NCBI GenBank assembly: GCA_041659325.1
Contig: JBAZYN010000002.1
Span: 206,082-270,081, forward strand
Direction: 5' to 3'
Source: Candidatus Shapirobacteria bacterium
Lineage (GTDB): Bacteria > Patescibacteriota > Microgenomatia > UBA12405
Length of the DNA stretch: 64,000 nt
The notes under the pieces are model-generated. The model was not told the origin of the DNA, made no database searches, and saw nothing but the letters and a program-made list of their open reading frames with translations. The position numbers were made by a program, and so were the translations under genes. Within the stretch, counting starts at the first letter, position 1. The number at the start of each line of letters is the position of its first letter. Shown piece by piece: positions 62,833 to 64,000 of this stretch.

Positions 62833-63465
62833 ATGAAGTTTCAACTAGTTTGCTTTGATCTAAATAAAACTCTAATTTCTGAAAACACCTGGTATGAACT
62901 AAATCTGGCCATGGGGATGACTGCTGAAGAAGATCAGGCCCTGTTCGCTCTTTATCAAAAAGGGGAATTGACATACGTTGATTGGCAAAAAGAACTGGAA
63001 AGAATTTATATAAAAAATGGCAAAGCTACACGGGAGAATATATCGAAGGTTATTTATAACTACACCTATCGTGTTGGGGCAAAGGAGGTAATAGAGTACC
63101 TAAAATCAAAAGGCTATACTCTTGCTCTTATTAGTGGGTCAATTGATGTTTTGGTTGAGAGAGTTGCGAGGGAGTGTGGAATTTCGCACTATTTGGCCAA
63201 CAACACATTTGTTTATGACAAAAATAACTATTTAAAAGAAATTAAATGTCTGGGTGGTGATGTAGAGGTAAAAGGTTTACAACTGCGGCAACTCTGTGAG
63301 GAATTAAAAATTGATATTACCCAAGTAGTATGTGTGGGGGATGGAGATAATGACTTCGAAATTTTTAAACTATCGGGGCACGGAATAACTTTTGAAGGAT
63401 CAAAGATAGAGCCGTATGCCTGGAAGACAATCGGGCAATTAACGGATCTCCGGTTAATTTTGTAG
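62833..63465 (+). CDS. HAD-superfamily hydrolase, subfamily IB (phosphoserine phosphatase-like)
   Basis: Motif I FDLNKTL (DxDxT). Motif IV GDGDND. ISGSID motif. Confidence 0.7.
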   Translation: MKFQLVCFDLNKTLISENTWYELNLAMGMTAEEDQALFALYQKGELTYVDWQKELERIYIKNGKATRENISKVIYNYTYRVGAKEVIEYLKSKGYTLALISGSIDVLVERVARECGISHYLANNTFVYDKNNYLKEIKCLGGDVEVKGLQLRQLCEELKIDITQVVCVGDGDNDFEIFKLSGHGITFEGSKIEPYAWKTIGQLTDLRLIL

Positions 63466-63654
63466 AGCCACCCTTCGGGGTTCGACTTTTACGCACAAGA
63501 GGCCTCCAATGGCTTATTTCAAATAAGGTCCTAAAAAGGCATTGCGCGAACGTACCAGGTAAAACCTTTCCTTTAACGACTAAACCATCCTTACAAGTTT
63601 ATAGACGAGTGATATTCGCTCCTCAATGGGAACTGTAGGCAAAAAACGGTTTTA

Positions 63655-64000
63655 TTAATAACCGCCGCCCCAGCTGATAACATCATTGACAAGAGCACAG
63701 GAGCGAAGCCCCGAACATTCGGAACCGCCAACAGTTTTCCCTGAAATCGCCCAGGCATTAAAACGGCACTCTGGTGATCCGGTGCATTTATCGGTGCCGG
63801 TGGTTAAATCACAATTGCTTGCATACATATACTTAAAGCGTCGGGTAGTCGAATCATAATTGCTAACCATATTGGTGATATTAGGATAAGTAAAAGTACA
63901 AGCCAGGCTATTACCATTGCCGGTGCATTGGCTGCCGGTAGGTAGCACCTGGTAGTAATATTTGGTCCGGCCATTTGGAAGAACTTGGGTAACTTCTTTT
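63655..64000 (-). CDS. Cys-rich hypothetical protein, 5' partial (frame open to window end; GTG at 63946-63948 is only the first in-window start)
   Basis: The reading frame continues without a stop to base 64000. Cys/Gly-rich (CTGNGNSLACTF...CTGSPEC). Confidence 0.35.
   Translation of the reverse strand, partial: KEVTQVLPNGRTKYYYQVLPTGSQCTGNGNSLACTFTYPNITNMVSNYDSTTRRFKYMYASNCDLTTGTDKCTGSPECRFNAWAISGKTVGGSECSGLRSCALVNDVISWGGGY

Overview
This 64-kb window is AT-rich bacterial DNA, roughly 40% GC by eye, with some local GC-rich islands. The gene content and architecture look like a Candidate Phyla Radiation / Patescibacteria-type genome. This is an inference from three giant cell-surface proteins (2584, 2600 and 2410 aa), a type IV pilin-like gene, comEA/comEC, many secreted or anchored hypothetical proteins and few metabolic genes. 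The recognisable core genes are rho, a LysM-M23 peptidase, an O-antigen-ligase-like/TPR membrane protein, ppdK, an ABC ATPase plus FtsX-like permease, leuS, an M16 peptidase, a HAD hydrolase and tRNA-Arg(CCU)/tRNA-Pro(CGG) on the minus strand.

The unusual content is mostly repeat and mobile DNA:

- At least five families of short dispersed repeats (GTCNAAA 'KSESLK', ATTACGA 'NYELRI', GTAATCW 'ITDYRL', a GC-rich hairpin, and a CCCCTTGTCAAGGGGAG family). These sit in intergenic DNA and, as multiples of 3, inside intact coding sequences, including leuS (5 insertions), ppdK, comEC and surface proteins.
- An IS200-like/REP-associated tyrosine transposase (RAYT) gene embedded in REP-like hairpins, sitting exactly between the two halves of comEC.
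- A DUF559 endonuclease gene bracketed by 43-bp direct repeats, next to a GC-rich lipoprotein gene.
- A tRNA-Pro whose 3' end is triplicated in tandem.
- A two-gene cassette bracketed by a 131-bp duplication of the 3' end of a Ham1-like gene.
- A C-terminal domain ending WWIIN shared by two surface proteins, and a Cys-rich DTDGYG domain shared by the pilin-like protein and a secreted protein.

No CRISPR array or rRNA is present.
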